A stretch of 64,000 bases of DNA, taken from positions 34,214,909 through 34,278,908 of the forward strand of contig NC_083430.1 of the NCBI RefSeq assembly GCF_020745735.1, written 5' to 3'. Source of the stretch: Hemiscyllium ocellatum. Lineage: Eukaryota. The notes beneath the pieces are model-generated. The model saw only the letters and a list, made by a program, of their open reading frames with translations, was not told the origin of the DNA and ran no database searches. Each line of letters opens with the position of its first letter. Positions within the stretch are counted from its first letter, which is position 1. The translations under genes were made by a program, and so were the position numbers. Shown here piece by piece: positions 23,534 through 36,734 of this stretch.

Positions 23534-23713
23534 GTTTACACATTCGGCTGCAATGATGAAGGTGCCCTCGGTCGTGATACGTCGCAGGAAGGTTCAGATA
23601 CAATCCCAGCCCGGATTATACTCAATGAGCATGTGGTTCAAGTTTCTGCTGGTGACAGTCACACTGGAGCTCTGACTGACATTGGCCATGTTTATATCTG
23701 GGGCTCCTTCAGG
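23534..23713 (+). CDS. RCC1: RCC1 coding exon 3
   Basis: [17 protein letters not shown]...[21 protein letters not shown]; AG/GTAAGC. Confidence 0.97.
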
Positions 23714-24629
23714 GTAAGCTACAGGTTGGGATGGAGGGAGATAGGAGTTAGTGCAGGTCGCCACTCTGTTTTTCACAGTGGATTTGGAGTTGACTGTAAA
23801 CTTGGGAAAGAGGAAATTACAGGGGGAAAGTGCAAGTAATAGAACTGAACTAACACTTTCAAAGAGTTAACATAACACCACTCAGACCATTGTGTCTTTC
23901 TTGTGCTGTATGGTTCTACTTATTTTTCGTGTTGCTTTCCCTTGATGGGAGATAAAACACAAGTGGACATAATTCATGTCCATTTAAGAAATGATGAATA
24001 GAAACATCCGCACCAGCTATTTTCTAAGTCTGTCTGGATGGCAGGCAGTAAAATGCAGTCCACACCCTAGATTGTGGAAATCATGATCTCGTTCCCAAAA
24101 AAGTACTGTAGTTGCTCGGTGACGATTTAAATTTTCAGAACTTCGGTCGATAGATGCTTGTTGGGTTGGTATCACAAGATGGAAAGCAAGGGACCATAAA
24201 TGAGATTAGTGAAAAAAAATGCTGGATCAACTTGGCATCTGTGGAGGGAGAAACAAAGTTTAACATTTGTAGTTCAACCTGCCTCTTAACACTTGAATGT
24301 TAACTTCTCTCTCTATAGATACTACCAGATCTGTTAACAAAGTATCTCCAGCACTACTTGTTTTTATTTCAGGTCTCCAGCATTGTAATACTTGGATTTT
24401 ATTAAAATGGGATTGAAATTGCATTCAGCTATCTCTCATTGAAAGGTTTGATAGCCTAATTTAACCACCTGTTGTTCCAAAACCCCTCATCCTCTATGTA
24501 TGTCTGCATATGCTATTATAGCACTTAGTGTGTAGTGGTGGGTAACTTATCATTGACTAACGACGGGAAAGTGTTGCAAGTGGGACTGCCAGACGAGATC
24601 AAGTATGTACTTATTAAAGAGAAATAAGA

Positions 24630-25000
24630 AGCACTTGGATTTATATTGCACCTTTGATAACACCAGTCCCAAAGCCTCTTTCCAGGCAATGAACCCCTTC
24701 TGAAGTATAGTCACTATTTGATTTGAGGAAATACAGCAATGTGTATCTACACAACAAGATCCTACAAACATTAATGAGATGGATGCCCATTTGAAGTACA
24801 TATACTGGCCTGGGGACTGGGTGAAGCAAAGTTGCATTTCTTCAAAATAGCACCACAGGATCTTTTTATATCCAAAAAGGACAGAAGGGGCTGCAGCTAA
24901 ATGCTTCCTTCAGTATGGCTCACACTCTTCATTGGGGGTTCTAGCCTAGTTTTTTGTGTTCAGGTCTCTGAAGTGGGGCTTGTCCCATGACATTCTGACT
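24630..25000 (-). mobile_element. Old Deu-domain SINE (SacSINE1/AmnSINE1-like)
   Basis: Reverse complement resembles 42590-42805 and 58310-58436 plus 61181-61375 (AAAAAGATCC, GTGACTATACTTCAGAAG). Confidence 0.55.
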
Positions 25001-25269
25001 TGGGGGGAGCGGGGGAGGTGAGAGTGTTAGCTGGTGAGTTATGGCTGATAATTGACTCCTGTATTTTGTCCTTCTGGTGCCATCAAAAAAAAACCCCTGT
25101 TTTTCCATTGTATGTTTCAATTTTAGTTTCCCAGAATTATCAGCTTTTATTAATCCACATATTGTTTTGTTTTTGTGGGGTTTTTTCCTCCTGGAGCACT
25201 GTATTTTTTCAAAATCTATTGCATAAATTTGTCTGTATTTAACTTGTGTATAAATATGGAATCCCACAG

Positions 25270-25366
25270 GATAACAATGGAGTTATAGGTCTGCTGGAGC
25301 CTTTGAAGACCAGCTGTTTTCCACAGAAAATCCCTCTTGATGTTCCAATAATTAAAATCACTTCAG
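25270..25366 (+). CDS. RCC1: RCC1 coding exon 4
   Basis: DNNGVIGLLEPLKTSCFPQKIPLDVPIIKITSG; CAG/GTGAGA; not in the ORF track. Confidence 0.95.
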
Positions 25367-26189
25367 GTGAGAAAGCTTCACTTCCATTATAGTTTGATTC
25401 AATGTACAAGTGGTTTTTGTATTAGATACAATGGAGATGGAGGAATAATGGAATGAGAAACTGTGAGAAGGATTAATTAATCTTAAGGTTATAAATGTGT
25501 AAGTGTCGCTTTCTGAATTAGCAAGCGAGAAGTGCTCGCCTAGTGCTATTTTCGCTAGACTGTTATTCCAGAGACCCAACGAATGTTCTAGGTCCCGGTT
25601 TCAAATCCTGCTTTGGCAGATGTGGAATTTGAATTCTGTAAAGGTCGGGAATTACAAAATTCAATGATGATCCTAACACAATTGTCAGAGAAATCAATCT
25701 AGTTCACTAATGTCCTTTTAGGGAAGGAAATTGGCCTGATCTACATGTGGCTCCAAACCCATAGAAATGAGGTTGATTCTTAACTGCCCTCTGGGCAATT
25801 AAGGATGACCATTTGACATTTGAACATCCTGATGAACGGATAATATTGCTATGTGAGTAAAATTTTGACAGTGGAGACTTACTCCTTCAGCTAATGCGGT
25901 CTTTGTGTTGTCAGTCATGGCTCACGTGGCCTCACCTCAGGGTGAGAAGGCTGTTTTTGTCACATAGTTGGCAATGATAACTTTCAAATCGGGTTCGGAC
26001 TTGGAATATCTTAGTTATTTTGAGGATGAATGGGGATGGGGAGGTTCCTCATTGTGTCCAGGGCAGTATTTATCTCTCTGTTAGCATTGCTTTATTTTCA
26101 GGAAGAGTAATTGCCTGGTTGTTGACATGTTCCTGTTTGTAGGAGTTTGTTGTATACAAAAAAAGCACAGTGGTTTCTTGTGTTAAGAC

Positions 26190-27485
26190 AAAGGAGCTGA
26201 AGTCAGCAGTTCAGTTGAACAGCCTTGGTCTCATTGAATAGCAGAGTCTACTCTTCACTGAGACAATGGCTGATCTGATGAGCCTTAACACCATTTACCT
26301 GCCTTTCCCAATAACCCTTGACTCCCTTAAAATGAAACTGTCTATTTCAGCCTTGAATATATTCAATTACCCAGCCTTGACAGACGTCAATGATAAAAAA
26401 TTCCATAGATTCATAACCCTCCAAGGGAAGAAACTTCTTTCTTCTCTGTCTTAAATATGTGGCCCCATATTCTGAGATTATGCCCTATGGTCCTTGACTA
26501 TCTCACAAGGGGAAATGACTTTTCTGCCTCTATCCTGTCAAATACTGAAAGAATCTATATGTTTCATTGAGGTTGATTCTCAATCTTCTATATACCAATG
26601 AGTACAGGCTCGACTTCCTCTCATAAGACAGTCCCTCCATACCATACCCAGTATCCTCTCGTGAACCTTCTCTTGGCTGCCTGCAATGCCAGTATATATT
26701 TGCTTGGATAGGAGGCCCAAAACCGTTCACAGTATTCAAGCTGTGGTCTGATCAGTACCTTTTGTGTAGTTTTTGCAAAATCTAGATACTTTTATACTCC
26801 ATTCCCTTGTAAAGACAAACATTTCATTTGCTTTCCATATTGCCCACTGAACTTGAATGAATGCATGAGAAATCTCTCATTCCATTTCTGTGGATTTCTG
26901 CAGTCTTTTGTTTTCATATTCAGCTCCTCTATTTTCTTGCCAAAGTACATCACCTCACATTTTTCTATATTATGTATCTGCCAAGATCTTGCCCACTAGC
27001 TTAACTTGCCTATTTCCCTATGCAGGCTCTGTCTCATTCATGGAACTTGTCTTTTCAATCTATTTTTGTGTGAACTGCAAACTTGGCTATGTTGCGTTCA
27101 CTTTCCTCATCCAAGTCATTAATTGCATTATAGATAAGTTTGACTCCTGTACTAATGGATAGGATAAATAGACAAAGTCTTTTCCATGGGGGCGGGAAGT
27201 CCAGAGCATAGGTTTAGGGCGTGAGGGGAAAGATATAAAAGAGACCTGAGGGGCAACCTTTTCACAGAGGGTGATGCCTGTATGGAATACGCTGCCAGAG
27301 GATGTGGTGGAGGCTGATACAATTGCAACCTTTAAGAGGCATTTGGATGGGTATATGAATAGGAAGAGTTTGGAGGGATATGGGCTGGGTGCTGGCAGGT
27401 GGGACCAGATTGGGTTGGGATATCTGGTCGGCATGGACAGGTTGGACCGAAGGGTCTGTTTCTATGCTGTACATCTCTATGACTA
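26190..27485. mobile_element. Old CR1 (- strand, ~26190-27130) abutting a younger CR1 3' end (+ strand, ~27155-27485)
   Basis: GLSYE..YSL..RRLR and VWNTLPEDVVEADTIATFKRHLD peptides. Confidence 0.7.
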
Positions 27486-27573
27486 ATCACTGGAACTCCA
27501 CTAATCATAAGGTGCCATTTTGAAAGTGCTTCCCAGTTGCAACTCTGATAGAGAATTGGCTAACTAATAGAAG

Positions 27574-27810
27574 CTGAAAATGTGTTGCTGGAAAAGCGCA
27601 GCAGATCAGGCAGCATCCAAGGAGCAGGAGAATCGACATTTCGGGCATGAGCCCTTCTTCAGGAATGAGGAAGAAGGGCTGAATTCCTGAAGAAGGGCTC
27701 ATGCCCAAAACGTGGCTTCTCCTGCTCCTTGGATGCTGCCTGACCTGCTGCGCTTTTCCAGCAACACATTTTCAGCTCTGATCTCTAGCATCTGCAGTCC
27801 TCACTTTCTC
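27574..27810. mobile_element. Palindromic Penelope-terminus mini-element with 14-bp TSD
   Basis: Inverted arms starting CTGAAAATGTGTTGCTGG and ending CCAGCAACACATTTTCAG; perfect direct repeat CTAACTAATAGAAG at 27560-27573 and 27811-27824. Confidence 0.9.
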
Positions 27811-28116
27811 CTAACTAATAGAAGACAATGTTATTTATACTGCCTCTTGTCCTATTAAGTAGACCCATCTGGTACCTTATCCATCTCGTATTGTCACTCT
27901 TTATTGGTTGGAGGATGCTCTGAAATGATCTGATTTTTGTGAAAGGGTCTCTATATAAATACATGCCTTATCACTGTTCTTGTTACTGATATGGCCACAC
28001 AGATGTTGGAAAATTCTGCAGTTTGGTCTTGGACACATTGACAAATTTAGGTCAGCAGCTTTAACAAGAATGGGCTCATTATTTTCAAAATTGTTTTCCC
28101 TTCCTTTTTTCTGTAG

Positions 28117-28239
28117 GTAATGACCATTTGGCGTTGCTGTCTCTAGATGGAGATATTTACACATCTGGTTGTGGTGAACAGGGGCAGCTGGGAAGAATTG
28201 CAGAATGCTTTACGAACCGGGGAGGAAGACGAGGTCTAG
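28117..28239 (+). CDS. RCC1: RCC1 coding exon 5
   Basis: NDHLALLSLDGDIYTSGCGEQGQLGRIAECFTNRGGRRGL; TAG/GTAAAA. Confidence 0.97.
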
Positions 28240-28510
28240 GTAAAAGTAGCATTAATTTCTGCACATTTGAACCATCCAATGCTAATAAGTCAGCCCCTTT
28301 TGTGTTTGCTTTGCTTTTCACTTAGAATGAACTGCACCTCACTTTGCCAAGTAAACTGATGAGAATGGTGCTGCAATCCCAGCTGCTGTCTCAACTTGAG
28401 ACAATAATTGATCCCAGACCCAACCCATTTACTGTGGTATCCATTACTGTTGAGGTTATTAATGATGATTTATGCTGTTTAATTGCCAATTATTTGTTTA
28501 ATTTGCTCAG

Positions 28511-28663
28511 AGCGGCTGCTGATTCCCAAGAGCCTTCATCTCAAAGCTAAGGGAAGCGGGAAGGTGAAATTTCGTGATGTTTTCTGTGGGGCATATTGTA
28601 CGTTTGCAATTTCAAAGGAAGGACATGTCTATGGTTTTGGACTGTCCAACTATCATCAACTGG
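28511..28663 (+). CDS. RCC1: RCC1 coding exon 6
   Basis: ERLLIPK...[28 protein letters not shown]; CAG/GTGAGA. Confidence 0.97.
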
Positions 28664-29630
28664 GTGAGAACTGTTAAAGCATTAACTATAATGTGAACTA
28701 TTCAAGTTTGCATGCAATGTAAAACAAAGCCACGTCTTTAGTGTTCAGGCTATATAGCAACAGTGACTTGTATTTACATAACACCTTTTAATGTAGTGAA
28801 ATGTCCTAAGATTTCTCCAGAGCATTATTGAGCAAAGTTTGTTTGCAAGCCCATGGGATTTTCAGACAGTTAACCAAAAGCATGGTGATATAGTAGATCT
28901 TAAGGAGTTTCTTAAAGAACAGAAGAATGGTCAGGAGTTTGAGGGAATTCTAGAACTTAATGACCAGCCTGCTGGAGGCATGGGCAGCAATGGTCCAGTG
29001 ATTTAAAACTTTTAGCATGTCCAAGAGACCAGAATTGGAGGAGTGCAGTACTCTTAGAGGGTTGTAGGACAGAGATTTGATGGTATGAGGTATGGAGAAG
29101 CCTAAAAATTTGGAGTCAGAATTTGAAATTGAGGCATTGTCTGACCAAGAGCTGACTTTGGTCAATCGTTTTGCTCACTGACCTATCAATAGGGCTTGCT
29201 ATGAGTTCAACTGTAGGCAGAAGTGAATTTTGAGATTCATTCAAACATGGCTTCAACATTGGGTATTCTACTTCAATCATGGTCTCATTGAAATATTAGG
29301 TTAGCTAAAGGAAAGTATACAGTGTTCCCTTTCTGTACAGGATCATTACATAACAATGCATAAGGAGGTGTGAAGTAGCAGTTTAGCTTTATCTTTATTA
29401 TTGTAAAATGTACATGTGCGATTAGAAGGCTGACGATCCGATCAGACTTGCCTACCCTGCCTCTGCTGTTCAATAATCTGTCAATGTTCACTGGATTGAC
29501 TTGTCAGCTCGGGCTTCATTTCAGAAAATAGCACCAATCCACATTAAACTTCTAAGTTTTAGGTGAAATAAGGAGAGGAAGAGACAAATTGAAGGTACAA
29601 ATAGAGTGCTATGTTTTGTTTCTGCTGCAG

Positions 29631-29750
29631 GAACACCAAGTACAACTCCCTGTTACTCAGCACACAAATTAACTGCATTCAAGAACTCAACAAAGTCTTG
29701 GATAAAATTCTCTGGTGGACAGCATCACACCCTATGCCTGGACTCTGAAG
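29631..29750 (+). CDS. RCC1: RCC1 coding exon 7
   Basis: [40 protein letters not shown]; CAG/GTGAGT; not in the ORF track. Confidence 0.96.
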
Positions 29751-31080
29751 GTGAGTATTATCATGATTGAAGGAAAATAGCAAGTGTAATGTGTGAGTTC
29801 TTCCATTTTAAAGTCTAATCTTCAGGCAGTGATGTTTCATCATGTCTATTTTTATTGTCAAATTCATCAATCCCATTGCTATCCCAGTTGAACCTATGGC
29901 TACCTGAGACAGGTTGGCAGGAATTTGGTCCCAGTGTTTTATCCACAGCATTGTCTCAATCCTGCACTGCCCCAGTCCTGCTCAGTGATATTGTGCTGAG
30001 TGGGGTTATGCAGACCTAGTACACTCAACAGCATTAATTGAACCCTTAACAATGAGAAGCTATCTATTTGCATGCAATGTTTAATTGCAGACTAGGGATT
30101 AGTAGCAGTCACGTGATACTATTTTGATATTTCCTTCAGTGAGCAAGCCTAGGCACTGTAGGATGGATAGCATCTGGTGAATGATTTTGCAATTGTCTGT
30201 TGGAGAATATTAATTCACTTTTGTAAGATACCTGGAAATAAAAAGCTGGTATGAGTAAATGTGGTTGTAAAGTTCCTTTTAGGAATCACCTGGTTCACTG
30301 ATGTCATTTAGGGAAGAGACCCAGCAGTACTTATTCAGTAAGGACAGAAGGAAGTCACTTAGCATCTGGAGCCTGTTCTGCAATTCAGTGAATTCTGCAC
30401 TGATATAGGACTTAACTCCATATGTCCACTTTTGTCCCTTAATATCTTTGTCTACAAAGATTTATCCCTCCTGAGTTTAAACTCAACAAATGATTTCACA
30501 TCAATTGCTATTTTGGATGTATTGCATGGAGATGACATAGGATATGGCCAAAGGAACATGTGGAAGATTTGTTTTGATGAAGATGCAGATAAGATTCTGG
30601 AATTTCGTTTTTAAGATGATCTATCTATTAGAGTTGGGGAGTTGGGGCATATTGACTTTTTTTGCCTTGCTTAGAATACTAGTTACTGTAGAAAGTTGTG
30701 GGTATCAGTTTCAGCTGATATGGTGTAAATTTTCATAGCTGCCAAATGTGGACTGAGTTTTTGGAGCTGGTTATTGAATGTGAATTAGGCTGAAAATATG
30801 TCAGTGGGTCACAACCTTAAAATAAATAAATATTTTTTCAGGCTTGTATTCTCAGCATCAGGTAATCAGGAAAAGCTTCAAGGAGTAGCTGTCTAACTAC
30901 TGAGTTGAGTTAACACAATATGGTGGAGATGTGCACTGTATTGTGTGCCTCTTTGTTATTTGTATATCTGGATATCCAAGGCTCTTTAGGTACCCAGTGT
31001 TTCAGCTTTTAACCTTTTGAAAGTTTGATGTTCTATACTTTTTTTTAATTGCTCAAGGTGATGACTTAGCATTTGTCTAG

Positions 31081-32394
31081 GTTGAAATCTGTTTGCCACA
31101 GTTTTGCCTATTTTCTTAATTTATCAGTATCTGTAATTTTATTACTCCATACGCATGACTTAGATAATTACCTAACTTTGTACCATCTGGAAATTTTTGT
31201 TTTTTTCCCTCCCATCATCTAAGTCATTAATATGCAGAGTGAACAATTAAGATCCTGCCGCAGATCTCTGTATGATGCCATTGGTTAGATTTTACTGTTC
31301 CATGACTTGTATCTGTGAATCCCATGAAACAGAATCCCTTTTTCCCTAAATGACTCCTTCAGCCATGTCCCCACTGTCTTGATTTTGTCCCTGCAACAGT
31401 TTTAATTTGACTCTGGTGACCATTCCAAAACTGATCTTTAATTTAGCTCTTTAATTGAGCTTGTTGTTCCTGGTACTCTTCCAAACGTGGCCTCTTGCCT
31501 ATTTTTCATGTAGCATTAATGACTGAATATTCCTCCTCCCACCCCACAATCTAAAAATGCTTCCAATCTGACTTTACATGTCTCTTACCTTGATGGAAGC
31601 ATACTGTGCAGAACTCTCATTTAGACGTACAAAGTCTGTGTCTAATGCCGAATTATTGAAACTCTACAGCCATCACAGTGCACTTTGTCCTGTCACTCAT
31701 GCTGTCATTTTGGACAACCTCTTTTAAATTTCTATAAGGCAGCACAGTAAGATGCTCCAGTCAAAAATGACAGCATGAGTGACAGGACAAATTGCACTAT
31801 GATGACTGTAGAGTTTCAATAATTTGGCATTAGAAACAGTCATTACAAGCCTAGTTGGAAGTTCTGCACGGTATACTTCCATCAGGGCAGGAGGCATATA
31901 AAATTTAGTTTGAAAGTATTTTTTGACTATGGGGTGGGAAGAGGAATATTCAGTCATTGATCAATGAATAATAGGCAAGAGGCCATGTTTGGAAGAGTAC
32001 CAGGAACAACAAGCTCAGTTAAAGAGCTAAATGAAGGATCAGTCTTGCAATTATCACCAGAGCCAAATGCAAAATGCTGCAGGTATAAGATCAAGAAAGT
32101 AGGGACGTGGCTGAAAGAGTGATGTCGGAAACAAAGATTTCATTTCCTGGGATCACAGACATAAGTCTTGAAACAGAAAGGAGCAGCAAATTCTTACTGG
32201 CATCTTAGAGAGATCTGTGGCAGGACCTTAATTGTTCACTCTCTGTTTATCTTTTTAGATGGGATTAAAAAAAACACAACCAAATTTTCAGATGGTACAA
32301 AATTAGGTAATTATCTCAGTTGTGTATATGGAGTAACAAAATTAGATATTGATAAATTTAAGTGAATGTGCAAAACCATGGCAAATAGCTCAAC
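31081..32394. repeat. Long imperfect inverted repeat (~620 bp arms, ~50 bp spacer) in RCC1 intron
   Basis: For example TTTGTCCTGTCACTCATGCTGTCATTTT (31684-31711) versus AAAATGACAGCATGAGTGACAGGACAAA, and GTTGTTCCTGGTACTCTTCCAAAC versus GTTTGGAAGAGTACCAGGAACAAC. Confidence 0.93.
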
Positions 32395-32886
32395 AGCTGT
32401 TTAGACTCTTGTCCAATGAAGTTGATTGACTGACTGAACAGTCTCCTCAGAGGTAGCATATAGCAAGACTCTCGGTTGCACCGAACCAGCCTGATACAGA
32501 ATCAAAGTGGTGGTTCACCACCTCCTTCTCAAGGGTGATTTGAACTGGGCAGTGAGACCAAATGTATAAATCAAAACTCTTAACCTTCTGACTGGGTGCT
32601 AAGGGAACTAGCCATGTAACTACAGTTACAAATGCTAGGGATAAAGCCAAACAAACTCTAAAGAGGTAGTGTTGCCTGGTCTGTAGATGGTGTTTTGCAG
32701 AGCTCAGAGCTGACTAGCGAATTAAATTGTACAATCTGTATAGTGGAAAGGACTCCCAAGCAGATGATTAAACCTCTCCTAATGCCAGGTTTGGAAATTG
32801 AAATGTTTCTTTCTGGGCAAGCGTGGATTTATTTGCTTTTCTTTTCATAGATTTTGATCATGTGTTTTTTAACTTTCCAATAAAAG

Positions 32887-33039
32887 GTAAAGTATACAGC
32901 TTGGGTCGAGCAGAGTATGGCCGCCTAGGGTTGGGAGAGCATAGTACAGAAAAGAGTACACCAACCATCGTGCAAGGACTCCCTGCTATCACAACAGTGG
33001 CGTGTGGGGCATCTGTTAGTTATGCCATCAGCAAGGATG
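32887..33039 (+). CDS. RCC1: RCC1 coding exon 8
   Basis: [17 protein letters not shown]...[15 protein letters not shown]; AAG acceptor (alternative TAG acceptor 36 nt upstream), GTAAGG donor. Confidence 0.95.
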
Positions 33040-33190
33040 GTAAGGTTTCATTTCTGTTTACCCTCCTCCCTTTATCTGTTACTATATTCTCCCCTCAAAA
33101 TACTAATCTGTTGCCGAGTTCACTCGATGTAGCACTGACATTGATTTTAGTTTTAATCCTCCAATCACCTTCAAATGATTGTTCTCCTAG

Positions 33191-33366
33191 GCCGAGCCTT
33201 TGCCTGGGGAATGGGAACGAACTTCCAGCTGAGCACAGGTAATGAGGAAGATGTCTGGAGTCCGATCCAGATGTCAGGTCAGCAGCTGGAGAACAGAGAG
33301 GTGCTGTCCATCTCCAGTGGAGGCCAACACACTGCATTACTCGTTAAAGAGCGCGAGCAAAGCTGA
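33191..33366 (+). CDS. RCC1: RCC1 coding exon 9 (terminal)
   Basis: [13 protein letters not shown]...[17 protein letters not shown]. The nine exons sum to 1272 nt = 423 aa plus stop. Confidence 0.97.
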
Positions 33367-33719
33367 TGCAAGTGGCTGCCCCGTGAAAATAAAAAAAAAC
33401 TACTGCCGATAAAACCTCGATTGTAAAGACTGAGTGAGCCCTGCACTTTCCCCATAATATTTGAATGCAATGCTTGGATACTACAGGAATACACTTATTT
33501 TTGTTTGCTTGTATTTTTTAAATGGTACTCTGCAGTGCCATTTTATTGTAATGTTGTGATGTACGAACCTAGTTTGTCTTCACTTTGTGTTGACTTTGGT
33601 TCATGTTTTACAGGACAAGCCATTTTTTTTAAAAAAAGTTTAAATTTCTGATCTGTTCGGGGAGGATATCTGGGCTGGCAAGTAGGTTGAAGAAGGGGAA
33701 ATATATTCTTTTAAAATCA

Positions 33720-33790
33720 AATAAATCTTTTTGTAATAGTTTTCTATAAGCTTTTTGCATTTCATATCTTTGTGTAACTTTATTAATTTT
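33720..33790 (+). terminator. Probable RCC1 polyadenylation signal
   Basis: AATAAA at 33720-33725 followed by T/GT-rich sequence; a more proximal AATAAA lies at 33388-33393. Confidence 0.5.
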
Positions 33791-33814
33791 TGGCAGTGTT
33801 ACAGATTTGAATGT

Positions 33815-36170
33815 CATAGTCAAAGAGATGTTCAGAATGGAAACAGACCCCTCAGTCCAACCTGTTCATGTCGACCAGATATCCCAACCCTACCTACTCC
33901 ACCTGCCAGCACCTGGCCCATATCCCTCCAAACCCTTCATATAGCCATCCAATACCTTTTAAATGTTGCAATTGTACCAGCCTTCACCACTACTTCTGAC
34001 AGTTCATTCCATACACGTACCACCCTTTGTGTGAAAAGGTTGCCCCTTAGGTCTCTTTTATATCTTTCCCTCTCACCCTAAACATATGCCTTCTAGTTCT
34101 GGACTCCCCAACCCCAGGGAAAAGACTCTGTATATTTATCCTATCCATGCCCCTCATGATTTTGTAAACCTCTATAAGGTCACCCCTTAACCTCTGGTGC
34201 TCCAGGAAAAACAGCCCCAGCCTGTTCAGCCTCTCCCTATAGCTCAAATCCTCCAACCCTGGCAACATCCTTGTAAATCTTTTCTGAACCGTTTCAAGTT
34301 TCACAACATCTTTCCGATAGGAAGGAGACCAGAACTGCACGTACTATTTCAACAGTGGCCTAACCAATGTCCTGTACAGCCACAACATGACTTCCAACAC
34401 CTGTACTCAATACTCTGATCAATAAAGGAAAGCATACCAAAGGCGTTCTTCACTATTCTATCTATCTGCAACTCCACTTTTGTGTCGCTATGGACCTGCA
34501 CTCCAAGGTCTCTTTGTTCAGCAAAACTCCCCAGGACCTTCCCATTAAGTGTATAAGTCCTGCTAAGATTTGCTTTCCCAAAATGCAGCACCTCTCATTT
34601 ATCTGAATTAAACTCCATCTGCCACTTCTCACCCCAATGGCCCATCTGATCAAGATCCTGTTGTAATCTGAAGTAACCTTCTTTGCTGTCCACTGCACCT
34701 CCAATTTTGGTGTCATTTGCAAACTTACTGACTGTACCTCTTATTCTCGCATCCAAATCATTTATATAAATGATGAAAATTAGTGGACTCAGCACCAATC
34801 CTTGTGGTACTCCACTGGTCACAGGCCTCCAGTCTAAAAAAACAACTCTCCACCACCACCCTCTGTCTTCTACCTTTTGAGCCAGTTCTGTATCCAAATG
34901 GCTAGTTCTCCCTCAGATCTAACCTTGCTAATCAGTGTCCCATGGAGAACCTTGTCGAAAGCCTTACTGAAGTCCATATAAATCGTGTCTATTGCCCTCA
35001 TCAATCCTTTTTGTTACTTCAAAAAACTCAAATCAAGTTTGTGAAACATGATTTGCCACGCACAAAGCCGTGTTGACTATCCCTAATCTGATCTTCCCTT
35101 TCCAAATACATGCACATCCTATTCCTCAAGATTCCCTCCAACAATTTGCCCACCACCACTGTCAGGCTCGCTGGTCTTTAGTTCCCTGGATTGTCCTTCC
35201 CACCTTTCTTAAACAATGGAATCACGTTAGCCAACTTCCAGTCTTCCGGCACCTCAGCTATGACTATATAATGATACAAATATTTCCGTTAAGAGACCCA
35301 GCAATCATTTCCCTAGACTCCCACAGAGTTCTAGAGTACACTTGATCAGGTCCTGGGGATTTATCCATCTTTGTGTTTCAAGGCATTCAGCACTTCCTCC
35401 TTTAAAAATGTTCATAGTACAGAGATGTCACCATCTATTTCCCTATAGTCTATATCTTCCATATCCTTTTCCACAGTAAATAATTGATGCAAAATACTCG
35501 TTTAGTATCTTCCCCATCTCCTGCGGCTCCACACAAAGGCCACCTTGCTGATTTCTGAGGGGCCTTTTTCTGTCCCTAGTTACCCTTTTGTCCTTAATGT
35601 ATTTGTAAACACCATTTGGATTCTCCTTAACTCTATTTGCCAAAGCTATCTCATGTTCCTTTTTTGCCCTCCTGATTTCCCTCTTCAGTATGCTCCTACT
35701 GCCTTAATACTCTTCTAAGGATTCACTTGATCTATCCTGTCTATACCTGACAAATGCTTCCTCCTTTTTCTTAACCAAAACCTCAATTTCTTTTGTCATC
35801 ATGCATTCCCTATGCCTACCAGCTTTTCCTTTCACCCTGATAGGAATATATTTTCTCTGGATTCTTGTTATCTCATTTCTGAAGGTTTCCCATTTTCTAG
35901 CCGTCCCTTTACCTGCGAACATCTGCCCACAATTGGCTTTTGAAAGTTCTTGCCTAATACCATCAAAATTGGCCTTGCTCCAATTTAGAACCTCGACTTT
36001 TAGATCTGGTCTATCCTTTTCCATCACTATTTTAAAACTAATAGAATTATGGTTGCTGGTCCCCAAGTGCTCCCCCACTGACACTTCAGTCACCTGCCCT
36101 GCCTTATTTCCAATAGTAGGTCAAACTTTGCACCTTCTCTAGTAGGTGCATCCACATAGTGAATCAGAAT
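33815..36170 (-). mobile_element. CR1/HER1-like LINE, ~2.3 kb, frameshifted ORF2
   Basis: VTSGVPQGLVLSP, KFANDTKIG, QFWSP..LETVQKRFTRM and endonuclease-end VGEHLGTSNHNSI. Confidence 0.92.
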
Positions 36171-36734
36171 TTTTTTTTGTACAATTTACAAATTAAGGTA
36201 TGTTTCAGTTCCTCTGTACCACAATTACTGCCACCACCATTCTGTTGACGTATGCTTAGGAGATTTAATAGAGGAGTTCAAAACTCTTGAAGGAGGAGAG
36301 ACTGTTTGTCTCTAAAGGCACAAGACTTAATAATCAGTGGGTACCGAATTCTGTTAATTGACAAAAACAGAGCTAGTGTTGATGAGGGGGGTCAGATAAG
36401 GAAGGAGTTGAACTATAAATTGTTACCTGGAATGTGCTGCATCAGATGCTGGTGCAGATCGAAAAATAATTTTCAAACTGGATTTGAATAACTACTGTTC
36501 GGAGGAAATATTGCAAGGCTGTAGAGCTGGGGAATGCAACATATTCATTCATTCATTCAAAGAGCTTCACAGGCATAAAGTTCTGAATGTCTGTCTTCTG
36601 TCATGTATACTTTGATTCTTGCCCCCACTTACCTGATTTAAATGTTTTAATACATAGAAACTTGTGCATATGTGTTTGTGACCATGCCAAATGTAGCATG
36701 CATACAGAAAATGTTATTCTGATCTTTAAAACTA

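Noticed and set aside
13863-27715. Idea that sense-strand hammerheads in RCC1 introns were selectively inactivated
   Set aside because: Antisense copies (6872, ~10740, ~15350) are decayed too, mostly at CpG, and the sample is too small.
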